DNA of 64,000 bases from Eledone cirrhosa. Its lineage: Eukaryota. The position numbers and the translations under genes are program-made. Under the pieces are notes generated by a model, which saw only the letters and a program-made list of their open reading frames with translations, was not told the DNA's origin and made no database searches. Of the stretch, positions 26,984 through 39,477 are shown in pieces. How positions within the stretch are numbered: position 1 is the stretch's first letter; the number at the start of each line of letters is the position of its first letter. The stretch is from positions 35,092,001 to 35,156,000 of the forward strand of contig OZ024744.1 in the NCBI GenBank assembly GCA_964016885.1. The letters run 5' to 3'.

Positions 26984-27680
26984 TATCATCATCATTTTAC
27001 GTCCGCTTTTCCCTGCTTGCAAGGGTGGGACGGTCCTATTCAGCACAGCATCTCTCCACCCGTCACGGTCCTTCGTCATCTCCTCTGTGAGCTTCAGCAA
27101 TCTGAGGTCTGCTCTCACCACCTCCACCCATGTTTTTTGTGGTCTTCCTCTACTGCGTCTTCCTTCTACTGGCATTTCTTGGTACTTCTTCACCCAACGG
27201 TCATCCTCCATGCGCATCACATATCCATACCATCGCAGTCTTCTCTCCTGCACACAACTTATCCCTCTTAAACACAGTTTCTCTCTCAACTCATCCATGC
27301 TTGGTTGTTCACGTACATTGACATTTCACATCCAATGGAGCAGGCTTGCTTCATTTCTCTCCAGCTGTTGCATATCCTCTGCAGTTGCTGCCCATGTCTC
27401 ACTACCATGCAGCATCGCACATCTCAAACAGGCATCATATAACCGGCCTTTTGTACGCAGGGAGAAACCCTTCATTGTCAGCAGAGGAAGCAGCTCCCTA
27501 AACTTCTTCCAACCCATCCTTATTCTAGATACTATGGCCTCGGAACAGCCCCCTCCCATGCTAATCTGATCACCTAGGTACCGAAGCTATCAACCACTTC
27601 TATAGAACCTACCTGCATTTGAAAAATGTGCCTATCAATGCGACTTCTGTCAAATTTCCCTGTACATCTACTGCATACGT
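26984..27680 (-). mobile_element. RTE subfamily C, 3' fragment with very short 3'UTR
   Basis: GGGCSEAIVSRIRMGWKKFRELLPLL...RLRWYGYVMRM; ORF runs directly into the terminal stem-loop and (TGA)n. Confidence 0.85.
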
Positions 27681-27736
27681 ATTTTTCCCTACCTATTCCT
27701 AATTTCTCACTTAGTTCATTTATGCTTTGCCGTTCA

Positions 27737-30440
27737 CATCATCATCATCATCATCATCAACGTTTAACGTCCGTGTTCCACGCTTGCATGGGTTTGGACG
27801 GGGGTAGTCCCACTTGAGGCAAGAGTGATTGTCTTGCTCGCATAGGACTGTCTGGCAGGTTTTCTACAGTTGGATGCCCTTCCTAACACCAACCACATTT
27901 ACAGTGTGGGTCTGGGAGGTTTTTACCGTGTTGCCTACACGGCCACATTACAGCGTGGACTGTGTGTTTTTTTGTCGTGACACCTACACGATAGTATATT
28001 ACTATTACACATCCAGCAGAGGATGCATGCTTCGTTCGTCTCCTGTCTGTGTAGATCCTCCGCACACAATGCCCATGTCTCACTGCCATGTAACATTGCT
28101 GTTCATATGCAGGCATCATACAGCCTGCCTTTCATTTTTAGGGAGAAAACTTTAGTGGCTAATAGTGGTATAAGCTCTCTGAAATTTTCCATCCCGTTCT
28201 GACTCTAGCTACTGTACTTTCAGAGCACCCTCCACCACTGCTGATTTTGTCACCCAGGTAACGGATGGAGCTAGTATCCTGTGGGCACTTGCTACTACTT
28301 ATAGCACCTGAGCATCGGCCACATATAAAATCTATGTTCTTAGTTAGTTTACCTGTGATCCCACTACATCTTTTATGCACCCATACTTTGCATTTGGGAC
28401 ATAAAATGGAGTTTCTGCCTACTCCTTTCCTACACACTGAGCATGACCATTTCGAAGAAGGGACCAGTGCCCTATCTTCCTCCCTCCATACTAGAACTTT
28501 AGTCTTAGACAGGTTAATTTTAAGGCCTTTTGATTCTAGGCCATGCTTCCAAGTTTGGAATTTCTTCTCTAGTTCAGCCATTGATTCAGCTATGAGCGTT
28601 AGGTCATCTGCATATAGAAGTTCCCATGGGCAGCCAGTCTTGAACTCCTCTGTTATAGCCTGAAGGGCAATAATAAATAGTAGGGGGCTAAGTACAGAGC
28701 CCTGATGAACACCAACTTTTACACTAAATTCTTCACTATATTCGTTGTTAATTCTAACCTTACTGACTGTTTCTTTATACATGGCTTGTATAGCTCTCAA
28801 AAACCATTCATCTACACCTAGTTTTCTAAGAACCCACGATGATGCTGCTACGCCAGTCATTTGGTATGACCCCATTCTGTATGACTTGGTTTACTATCCG
28901 GGAGACCATAGTGTGTCCCACTGATCCAGATGCTTTCAGCATTTCAGCAACTATCTCCGAAGGCCCAGCTGCTTTGCCTGTCTTCATATCTTTGATTGCC
29001 TTACTTATTATACTACCTTCAACTTGCACTGCTGGTCCCTCTATTGGATCGATTTGGGGCAGACTATCTTTTTCCCACTTGTTCTCCTCATTTAGTAGCC
29101 TCTCGTAGTGACACTTCCAAGCTACCTTCTTATCAGCATCACTGATGGCAAGTATACCATCATCATTAAGGCCACATGTCTCCCCGACAACATCACGGTT
29201 TTCCTTGACATATTGTCTAGCAATCCTGAACACCTCACGTTTTTGGTCCTCACGTTGTAGAACATGCTTGAACCTTCTTTCTTCTGCTTCCCTTCTTGCA
29301 AGGTACACTTGTCTCCTAGCTTCCCTCCTGGCCACTTGATAGTGTTCTCTACTTCCCCCATCCTGCCATACTTTCCAAGCTTGCTTTTTCGCCTTGATTG
29401 ACTCCTCCACCTTACTGTTCCACCACCAAGTTACTCTTCTCCTGCCTATAGGTCTGCTCCAGCCACAGATTTCATCTGTCACCTTCAGCAGGTTAACTTT
29501 CAGGAATTCCTACTGTTTCTCTATACCATACGTCTCTAATTACTCTTCCTTACTGTCAAAAGCATCAAGTAGTATGCTTCTAAATTTGTTACTGGCTGTG
29601 GGGTCCTTTAACTTCCATATTCTTCTTCTCAGGGTAGTCCTCCTCTGTTGTTGAATGTATCTCGTCCTGACTATGAGGTCACTAACTATGAGGTTATGTT
29701 GGGAGGTGCATTCTTCACGACGGAGGGATTTAGTGTTTACAACAGACACTTTGTCACATTTGTCTTCTAGTAAGGATATAATCTATCTGACTGGCGTGTT
29801 CCCCTGATCTATAGGTGATCAAGTGATTGTCTCGTTTTTTGAAGTTTGTGTTGCAGATAGTTAGGTTATTAGCATCACAGAATTCCAGAATTCTGAAGCC
29901 TTCCTCATTTCTATTTCCAAACCCCTCCATGGATTCCATCATAGCCATCACTATGTTGTCCAACATGACCATTTAGGTCACCAACAATAATTATGTAGTC
30001 GCTGTCGGTTAGTTGGGAGGTAGTGAGCATTAGCAACTCATAGAACCTGTCTCTTATAACGTCAAGTAGGCCAGATTGGGGTGCATAAGCGGATATTATT
30101 GTCACAGTAGTTCTATTTAGGACAAGTCTTATTTTAATTATTCTGTCATTCACTCTATTTACGTCAATTACCTTATCTACCTATTTTTCAGCTAACATAA
30201 TTCCTACACCACCCAGTCCGTTGTCATTTCCCACCCAGAAAAGTTTATAGCATCGTTTTTTACCCACAATGAATCTAGCAGACCCACCCCTCCACCTAGT
30301 CTCTTGGACGCAACAAGCATCAACTTCCTTATGTTTAAGCATCTCTACAACCTCGTTAGAGCAACCTTTTAAAGTGCCTACATTCATGGTACCAACTCTG
30401 AAGTTTTGGATTTCATTTGGTGGGTGGAAGGGATGGGTTG
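27737..30440 (-). mobile_element. RTE subfamily B, internally deleted
   Basis: APE 29540-30400, linker 28826-29482, RT/PHD 28159-28875, 3'UTR and tail. Confidence 0.9.
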
Positions 30441-30449
30441 TAGGTGAAC

Positions 30450-30598
30450 ATGCATGTATGTATGAATGTTTGCTTGCAAGTGTGTATGTATGAATGTATG
30501 AATGTTTGCTTGCAAGTGTGTATGTATGAATGTATGCTTGCAAGTGTGTATGTATGTATGAATGTATGCTTGCAAGTGTGTATGTATGTATGTATGTA
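30450..30598. repeat. (TGTA)n-derived minisatellite with tgcttgcaag unit
   Basis: Four imperfect tgcttgcaagtgtgtatgtatg units. Confidence 0.85.
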
Positions 30599-33500
30599 TC
30601 ATCATCATCATCATCAACGTTTAACGTCCGTGTTCCATGCTTGCATGGGTTTGGACGGGGGTATTCCCACTTGAGGCAAGAGTGATTGTCTTGCTCGCAT
30701 AGGACTGTCTGGCAGGTTTTCTACAGTTGGATGCCCTTCCTAACACCAACCACATTTACAGTGTGGGACTGGGAGGTTTTTACCGTGTTGCCTACACGGC
30801 CACATTACAGCGTGGACTGTGTGTTTTTTTGTCGTGACACCTACACGATCTCATTTGTTTCGGCCTGGATGGTGTGGCACCAACATAACTTTACATGGGG
30901 GTGGGGGGGGGGGGGTATTTTGTTAGAGATGCCTACTGGCTGTAGTAGGTTTTACTATGTATTTAGGTAAGGCGGGTTTTCTCTATTACTGAGTACCGCC
31001 AAAGGTCTCGGTCCAGTGACATTGTCTTGAAGAGGTGTAAGTGTGTGAGGTCGGAGTTTATCAGCTCGTCCCAGGATTTTCTAGGTCTGCCTATTCCGTG
31101 GCTACCGTCTATCTTTATTGCCCTGCACTTTGTTATACAGCTATCGACTTTCATGCGCATCACGTGTCCGTACCAACGTAGCCTTCTCTCGAGTAAACAA
31201 CATCTGATCCCTCTTATTTCTAATTTTTTCCTTAGTTCGTTTATGCTTTGCCGTTCACGTATATTACTATTATACATCCAGCGGAGCATGCAAGCTTCGT
31301 TCCTCTCTAGTCTGCGTATATCCTCTGTGCACAATGCCCAGGTAGGTCTCACTGCCATGCAACATTGCTGTTCGTATGCAGGCATCATACAACCTGCCTT
31401 TCATTTTTAGGGAGAACCCTTTAGCGGCTAATAGTGGTATAAGCTCTCTGAACTTTTTCCATCCAGTTCTGACTCTAGCTACTGTACTTTCGGAGCACCC
31501 TCCCCCACTGCTGATTTTGTCACCCAGGTAACGGAAGCTGTCCACTATTTCTATAGAGCTCTCTGCGCAATTGAAAGAGTTAGTATTTTGTGGGCACTCG
31601 CTGCTACTTATTGCACCAGAGCACCGGCTAGGTCGACAAAAGCTAAGTAGAGGGGTTTACCTTTAGCTAGGTACTTCTCCTGTAGTTGACGTACAATGAA
31701 AAGAGCGTCTGTGGTACTTTTGCCTGACACAAACCCGAACTGCATTTCATCTAGGTCAATTCTCTCTCTGATTAGTTGCGCTATTACTTTTTCCGTGACC
31801 TTCATGACCTGGTCGATTAGTTTAATGCCTCTATAGTTACTCCTATCTAGGGCATCTCCTTTACCCTTATAACAGTTAACGATGATGCTGCTAAGCCAGT
31901 CTTTCGGAACAACCCCATTCTGTACGACTTGGTTAACTATCCGGGTGACCAAGGTGTGTCCCACCGAGCCAGATGCCTTCAGCATCTCAGCAACTATTTC
32001 CGAAGGCTCAGCCGCCTTACCCGTCTTCATATCCTTGATTGCCTTACTTATTATACTACCCTCAACTAACACTGCTGGTCCCTCTATTGGGTCGATGTGG
32101 GGGAGACTGTCTTTCTCCCATTTATTCTCCTCATTTAGTAGCCTTTCATAGTGGCACTTCCAAGCTACCTTCTTATCAGCGTCGGTGATGGCAAGTACGC
32201 CGTCATCATTAAGTACACACTTCTCCCCGACAATATCACGGTTTTCCTTGACACATTGCCTAGCAATCCTGAACACCTCACGTTTTTGGTCCTCTCGTTG
32301 TAGAACATGCTTGAACTTTCTTTCCTCTGCTTCCCTTCTTGCGAAGTACACTTGTCTCCTAACCTCCCTCCTGGCCACTTGATAGTCTTCTCTACTTCCC
32401 CCATCCCGCCATACTTTCCAAGCCTGCTTTTTGGCCTTAATTGACCCCTCCACCCTACTGTTCCACCACCATGTTACTCTCCTCCTGCCTACAGGCCTGC
32501 TCCAGCCACAGACTTCGTCTGTCGCCATCAGCAGGTTTGCTTTCAGAAATTCCCACTGTCCCTCTATATTGTCCGACTCTAAATGCTCTTCCTTACTGTT
32601 GAAAGCATCAAGTAATATGCTTTGAAATTTATTTCTGGCTGTGGGGTCCTTTAGCTTCCATATTTTTCTCCTGAGGATAGACCTCTTCTGCTGTCGAGTA
32701 CGTCTCATCCTGACTATGAGGTCACTAATTATCAGTCTATGTTGGGAGGTGCATTCTTCATGGGGGAGAGATTTAGTGTTTACAACAGACACTCTGTCAC
32801 GTCTTCTGGTAAGGATATAATCTACCTGGCTTGTGTGTTCCCCGGATCTATAGGTGATCAGGTGATTGTCACGTTTTTTGAAGTTAGTGTTACAGATAGT
32901 TAGGTTATTTGCGTCACAGAATTCCAGGATTCTGGAGCCTTCCTCATTTCTAGTACCAAACCCATAGCCTCCATGGATTTCGTCGTAGCCATCACAATGT
33001 TGTCCAACGTGATCATTTAGGTCGCCTGCGATAATTATATAGTCACTGTCGGTTATTTGGGAGGTAGTGAGCATCAGTGTCTCATAGAATCTGTCTTTTA
33101 TAGTGCCGGGCAGTCCGGATTGGGGTGCGTACGCAGATATTAGTGTCACCGTAGTTCTATTGAGGACAAGTCTTATTTTAATTATTCTGTCGTTCACTCT
33201 ATTTACGTCTATTATCTTATCTGCCCACTTTTCTGCTACCATGATTCCTACTCCACCCAGCCCATCGTCGTTTCCCGCCCAGAAAAGCTTATAACATCGT
33301 TTTTTTTACCCTCAATGAATCTAGCAGACCCACCCCTCCATCTGGTCTCTTGAATACAACAAACATCGACCTCCTTACGTTCAAGCATTTCTACAACCTC
33401 GTTAGCGCGACCCTTTAAGGTGCCTACATTTATGGTACCAACTCTGAAGTTTTGGATTGCGTTTGGGGGTTGGGGGCGGTGGGGGGCGGGGGGCTATGGG

Positions 33501-34062
33501 GTTATGTTAGCCGTCCGCGGTCGAAACAATGAGGAGTGCTCGCATTCTCGTCCACGAGGTGAATTTGTCTTTATCTTTGGCATTGTCGCTGAGCGTCCAG
33601 ATTTTTCTCTCTCTCCTCCACTCTCCAGGATTCCGCAGTCCATCCATCCATCATATATCGAAAGGCAACCAGGCAAGCGATAGTATAGGCCTCTGGCTTA
33701 TGATTGGTCCGCGTAATAATAATAATGGTGATGCGTGGGGGCTCTGGCTTATGATTGGTCCACGTAATAACAATGGTGGTGCGTGGGGGAGGGAGGGGTG
33801 TTGGGTAGCTAGCTAGAAGGTAATGATTGAATGAGGTCCTTGTATTTAACAAGCGATTAACAAAAATACAAGATTTGTTCTGTTCAATACGACAAAAACT
33901 CTCGTATCTAACAATTAATGATAACAAAAAAATGCAGATTTGTTTTAGCAATAGATTGGCTTGATACGAAATAGAAGTGTGGAGGTAGAGATGAAAGAAA
34001 AATATGTACATTACGTTACATGATTATCGTGGAGGGAACAGCAATGCAATGAAATTTGGCGA
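30598..34062 (-). mobile_element. RTE subfamily B with 5'UTR, central RT/PHD deleted at ~31627
   Basis: ORF 31608-33242 (544 aa, APE to FVDL) fused directly to CSGAISS; 3'UTR and tail; 5' end matches 14620. Confidence 0.93.
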
Positions 34063-34570
34063 AGTGATTTCTATCTTATATATATATATAGAGAGCTAAG
34101 AGAGAGAGAGAGGGGGGGAGAGGTTTGGCCGCATGATGTAGGTATTGGGGCGGTTGACCGCCATGCCCTCGTGAAGTAGAGGGAGGGGGGGGGGGGGGGG
34201 TCGAGGGCTAGTAGAAGCGGGAGTTTAGAGTTTCGAAAGAAGGAAAAGGATTTTGTTTTGTTTTGAAAATACGCTAGAATTAAGGAATTAAGGAATTTAT
34301 AAGAAGGAGACGAAAGAAGGAAAAGGATTTTATATATATATATATATAAGCAAAGGAATAAATGAAGGAGTTACAAGCCATTAAAACATTCATTTGCTTA
34401 TTCCCGCTCTGCTTAAACTATATGCTAAATATTAACTTCCTCTAATATTTAACTCTGCTAACCCAAGCATTGAGCACACCACGCTTCGGCTATTGGCATT
34501 TAGTAATCTCTATCGCACCTCTCTACTTCCTCCTCTCTTACGATAGATACTTATACCCTATTATATATAT

Positions 34571-34895
34571 ATCATCATCATCATCATCATTTCATTTTAT
34601 GTCCGCTTTTCCCTGCTTGCAAGGGTGGGACGGGAACAAATTCTGGCTTGATTTCTACAGCTGGATGCCCTTCCTAACACCAACCTCATTTACAGTGAGT
34701 GCTGGGTGCTTTTTTGCCGTGGCACCTCCACGACCACTTTACAGTGGAATGATAGGGACCCCAGTCTCTATCATCTCATTTCTACAGCTGAGTAAACTGG
34801 AGCAATGTGAAATAAAGTGTCTTGCTCAAGGAAACAACACATCACCCGGTCTGAGAATTGAACTCACAACCGTTTGATTGCAAGGCCAATGCTCT
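34571..34895 (-). mobile_element. tRNA-derived SINE, RTE-C type tail
   Basis: Matches 13803-14115. Confidence 0.85.
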
Positions 34896-35296
34896 GTGTG
34901 TGTGTGTGTGTGTGTGCGTGTGTGTGAGGTATTCCAGCATCCTAAATGACAGCAAACATAATATCAAGATATCGGAAACAAATGGTGTTGCCGGATGTTC
35001 AGGTATAATGAAAGTCAGAGGTGTGTGTTGTCTAGCAGAAGGAAAGACTGACAGAAATAGTGTGTGTGTGTGTGTGTGTGTATTTCAGTACAAAGTGAGT
35101 AGGCGGTTGTGTGTAAAATGATAAGAGAGAACATAGAACTAGACAGGCAGACAGACAAGCAGGCAGATTGATAGACGGACAGATAAATGGATGGTTAAAT
35201 AGATATAGGTAGAAAGATAGACATGGTTAGATGGATGGATGGATGGAGCAACAGACAGACAGTTAGAGAGATAGATAGACAGATGGATAGATATAT

Positions 35297-36232
35297 TTCT
35301 TTATTTGCCACAAGGGCGCACAAGAAAAGGGGACAATACAAAGACACATGCCGGGGATTTTACATACAGTCGTGTAAAAATATTGAAACAAACAATTATA
35401 ACAATCGAAATTCCCAATAGGGTGGAGGCGCCACAAATGGGTTGTTTAATACCCCGTCGATAGAACAACCCTCAACTTCAGGAGCATGTTGTGCAAGTGC
35501 TCCCTTCTTCCTTTTGCTCTCTTCTTCAACCTACAGGTTTATATACAGAGAAGGCCCAATCACTCTGGCCATTTTTGCTACATTCACGCACCTTTCAGTA
35601 AATTTACTGGGGTGCAGTGCCTCTCTCTCTCAAATAGATAGATAGATAGATAGATTCCTTTATTTGCCACAAGTGATTACAAAAATGGTACATTACAAGA
35701 CATGACATAATGTCCCATTTTTGTATGCCCCTGTGGCAAATAAAGAAATCTATCTATCTATCTACTTATCCATCTGTCTACCTATCTATTTCTCTGTCTG
35801 TCTGTTGCTCCATCCATCTAACCATCTGTCTATGATAGGTAGATAAATAGATATATTTCTTTATTAGCCACAAGGGTGCACAAGAAAAGGGGACAATACA
35901 AAGACATGCCGGGGATTTTACATACAGTCGTGTAAAAAATATAAAAACAAACAATTACAACAATCGAAATCCCCAATAGGGGGGAGGCGCCACAAATGGG
36001 TTGTTTAATACCCCGTAGATAGAACAACCCTCAACTTCAGGAGCGTGTTGTGCAAGTGCTCCTTTCTTCCTTTTGCTCTCTTCTTTAACCTACAGGCTTA
36101 TATACAGAGAAGGCCCAATCACTCGGGCCATTTTCGCTTCATTCACCCACCTTTCAGTAAATTTACTGGGGTGCAGTGCCTCTCTCTCCACCCTGATTCT
36201 CCTTCTAAAGTGATACTTAAAGAAATGGCTGG
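35297..36232 (-). mobile_element. Two tandem 3' ends of a Tx1/L1-like LINE (35297-35625, 35857-36232) in (GATA)n
   Basis: Minus-strand FFKYHFRRRIRVEREALHPSKFTERWVNEAKMARV*, then AATAAA next to the microsatellite. Confidence 0.55.
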
Positions 36233-36247
36233 ACAGCTAGATAAATA

Positions 36248-36630
36248 TCATCATCACCATCATCATAATCATTTAATGTCCATTCTCCACGCTAGCATGG
36301 GTTAGACGGGTTGTCCCATTAGAGGCAAGTCAAATCAGGTGACCATTTCTTATTCATATAGAACTGTTTCTGGCTTGATTTCTATGGCTGGATGCCCTTC
36401 CTAACGCCAACCACATTTACAGTATGTGCTGGTTGCTTTTTTGCCGTGACACCTACCGACCACTTTACAGTGTGTGGTGGGTACTTTTGCCGTGACACCT
36501 ACATGACCACTTTACAGTGTGTGCTGGGTGCTTTTTTGCCGTGACACCTACCGACCACTTTACAGTGTGTGGTGGGTGCTTTTTGTTTAGCGGTGACACC
36601 TACACAACCACTTTAAAGTGTGGGTTGGGT
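36248..36630 (-). mobile_element. RTE/SINE 3' module with expanded pseudoknot-unit array
   Basis: About 5 repeats of cacacactgtaaagtggtc-gtaggtgtcacggcaaaaaagcacc plus tail. Confidence 0.75.
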
Positions 36631-36659
36631 ATGGCCGACTGAATTTTTTTCTCACTTTA

Positions 36660-36830
36660 CCCCGTTCCTTCCTCTCATCACACTTTACTTTCCATTTATC
36701 TTCTATTTCTAACTCTATCTTCAGATGAAAGACTAGTGTCCAAAACTTTATGACTCTCTTCCTGCAATTTCAAGCATTAAACTATTTCTGTGCTATTTGT
36801 TTTGTTATTTTTGTTATACTTTTACATACA
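36660..36830 (+). mobile_element. pLTR-like fragment with degenerate minimal HHR; homologue of 52040-52200 (-)
   Basis: tctt-CAGATGA-aagac tagt gtcc-AAAA-cttta. Confidence 0.45.
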
Positions 36831-36868
36831 TATATGAATTTGTTTTGAAAGGTTTTTAATATGAAATA

Positions 36869-36993
36869 TTGTTATATTTTGGGAGGGTCATATTGTTATA
36901 ATATTGCCAGAAATATATAATAAAACATACTATTTGGTTTGTGAGTTTGTTTGCTGGCAATATTGTAACAATATGACCCTCCCCAAATATAAC
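36869..36993. repeat. Inverted repeat, ~40-bp arms; related sequence at 45780-45810
   Basis: tgttatattttgggagggtcatattgttataatattgccag / ctggcaatattgtaacaatatgaccctccccaaatataaca. Confidence 0.8.
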
Positions 36994-37084
36994 ATATATA
37001 CATATATATATATCCTGGGTTCAATCGGGGGTAACTACAGTAAGTAAGGTACTCAATACATAGAAAAGTATAAATATTTAATAT

Positions 37085-37189
37085 AGAAATGACTTCTACA
37101 GGACTAGAACTGTTTCATTTGAAGGAAATCATCAGGCTTTCTTGACAGTTTCCTTCGAATGAAAAAATTCTAGTCCTGTAGAAGCCATT

Positions 37190-37193
<4 letters not shown>
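37085..37193. ncRNA. Head-to-head pair of type I HHR motifs (fold-back)
   Basis: Minus: CTGATGA-ttt ccttc aaa-t-GAAA-cag ttctagtc ctg-TA-gaag; plus copy supplies stem I ggcttt(c)/gaagcc. Confidence 0.65.
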
Positions 37194-37220
<27 letters not shown>

Positions 37221-37561
37221 TAGAATTGGAGCTCTGAAATAGCAATATATATATGAATGTATATATAATGTATTTTGCAATACACTTTATGCTTAATTAA
37301 AAGCATTTTGAAGACCGTATGCTATTGTTTTAGAGTAGTGACAAACTCACTTACTTTAATCTCAGCAAATAAGGGGAGATAAGCCGACAAGGCTGTGTTT
37401 CGCATTTATTGATGCTTATCAAGGCCAACTACCCCACCTGTCTACTGAGATCACTGATGTTATATTCTTATAGAATTCTAGTAAATAATCAGGAACTGAT
37501 TATACAGAGTGGTTGCCGGTCAGGCAGAAATTAAAAATTAGAATTGGAGCTCTGAAATAGC
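37221..37561 (-). mobile_element. Retrozyme-like ~318-bp unit with terminal redundancy and HHR at 37355-37450
   Basis: tagaattggagctctgaaatagc at both 37221 and 37539; HHR core TTGATAA...GAAA...GTC on -. Confidence 0.75.
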
Positions 37562-37586
37562 TATATATATATAAATTAAGCATGTA

Positions 37587-37952
37587 TTAATTAAGCATAA
37601 AGTGTATTGCAAAATACATTATATATACATTCATATATATATAGCTATTTCAGAGCTCCAATTCTAATTTTTAATTTCTGCCTGACCAACAATCGCTCTG
37701 TATAATCAGCTCCTGATTATTTACTAGAATTCTATAAGAATATAACATCAGTGATCTCAGTAGACAGGAGGGAGTAGTTAGCCTTGATAAGCATCAATAA
37801 ATGCGAAACAAGGCCTTGTCGGCTTTATCTCCCCCTGTTTGCTGAGATTAAAGTAAGTGAGTCTGTCACTACTCTAAAACAATAGCATACGGTCTTCAAA
37901 ATGCTTTTAATTAAGCATAAAGTGTATTGCAAAATACATTATATATACATTC

Positions 37953-37960
<8 letters not shown>
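37587..37960 (+). mobile_element. Retrozyme-like ~320-bp unit, inverted and circularly permuted relative to 37221-37561
   Basis: ttaagcataaagtgtattgc at 37591 and 37911. Confidence 0.75.
37755..37848 (+). ncRNA. Type I hammerhead ribozyme, U3-A8 core variant
   Basis: agcc-TTGATAA-gcat caataa atgc-GAAA-caag gc cttg-TC-ggct; distal stem I tctcagtagacagg/cctgtttgctgaga. Confidence 0.8.
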
Positions 37961-37988
<28 letters not shown>

Positions 37989-38079
37989 TGAGTTGGACAG
38001 ACAGACAGACAGAAAGATACATAGATAGCTAGATTAATCAGACAAATGGGAAATCACACAAAGGAAAGCATAGGGAACT

Positions 38080-38630
38080 GGGCATGAGGTGATAAAAGCT
38101 GACCCTGCTCAACTGCATCTCTCAAAGGTGATCACACAGGATCGATATCTCTGACATTATGCAATAATACAGAAGGCCCGCTTTCCCATGTACATAGGTT
38201 GAATCATGCATCTAGTATGCACTACCTTCCCCCTCCCTCTTCCATACACCTCCACATCCCTGCCCCTCCCACATCCTAATACTCCACGCACGCTCAAACA
38301 CTCTGCCCCCTCACACATGCCTCTAGAACCATCTCCCTAATTTCAACACACCTCCCACCCAAGTTACCAGCCCACAATACAAAGTGGTTGTGATGGCGAC
38401 ATGACATAAAGCACCCAGCCCATACTGTAAAGTGGTCATGTAGGTGTCACAGCAAAAAAGCACCCACCACACACTGTAAATGTGGTTGGTGTTAGGAAGG
38501 GCATCTAGTCATAGAAACCAAGCCCAAACCAGTCCTATGAGGGCAAGACATGTTCATCAGGCCTGGCTTGTCTTACAACAGGGCAACCTATGCTAGCATG
38601 GAAAAATGGATGTTAAATGATGATGATGAA
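38080..38630 (+). mobile_element. Old RTE 3' fragment
   Basis: EVIKADPAQLHLSK remnant, array, tail. Confidence 0.75.
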
Positions 38631-38884
38631 TCAGCATGACACACAAAGCTGGATTAAGTTGTTTGAGGCGATAAGCACCCCCATATATATAAGGTCTGCA
38701 AAAAAAAAAAAGATTTGGGAGGAATGACAAATAGATTTAATTCTAATAAAACAGTTCCCCTTTTCCATTGATGCTCAAACAATGTGCTTATTTTGCTAAA
38801 TAATTACTCTAGCCCTGATGACACAGTGTGTGACAGAATTGGCCTTTTGAATTACAAATGCAGTCCTTCAAATATAAAAGTCTA

Positions 38885-39160
38885 AAGTCTGTCTCGAGTC
38901 CAGAGGCTCATCAGGCTGGTACTTATCCTGGTTTCCGTGGTGTGAAGCATCTGTGAGTACAGGATTTCCCCTGGACAGGATATAAGCCCATTGCAGGGTT
39001 AATGCCCCAGCTATTGTTGCTGCTACTCATTTTAAACTGAGTATACTAGAGCAACATGAAATTAAGTGTTTTGTTCGAGAAAGCAACCTATAATCCAGGA
39101 ATTGAACCGATGACATTATAATCATAAGCCCAACACCCTTACCACTAGGCCATGAGCCTC
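38885..39160 (-). mobile_element. tRNA-derived SINE with V-domain-like body
   Basis: Homologous to 55718-55985. Confidence 0.65.
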
Positions 39161-39477
39161 AAATGGGCTTATATAATTTCTATCTCTCTTCATTTCACTT
39201 GCAAAGCTTGAGTCAACCTGAGGCTATGATAAACGACACTAGCCCAATATGCTGGAAATAGCAGCCACTCTCACTCTAATCACACCTTATTTTGAAAGGA
39301 AATGTTGGATAATGAATTATTCTTAAATAAAAACAAAATGTTACCTATCCTGTCATAAAATTTATAAGAATTTCTTCATCTTTTCTTGGAGAAAATAATT
39401 TTTTGAGGACATGTAATATACAGATATATTGCAGCTGTGCACCTGAGCACTGTAAACCTGTCATATTTCCTAAATTC

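Noticed and set aside
36420-36630. CRISPR-like appearance of repeated units (also 61486-61690)
   Set aside because: No unique spacers, no cas genes, eukaryotic context
38811-38845. CTGATGA motifs here and at 57396
   Set aside because: No properly placed GAAA or stem III
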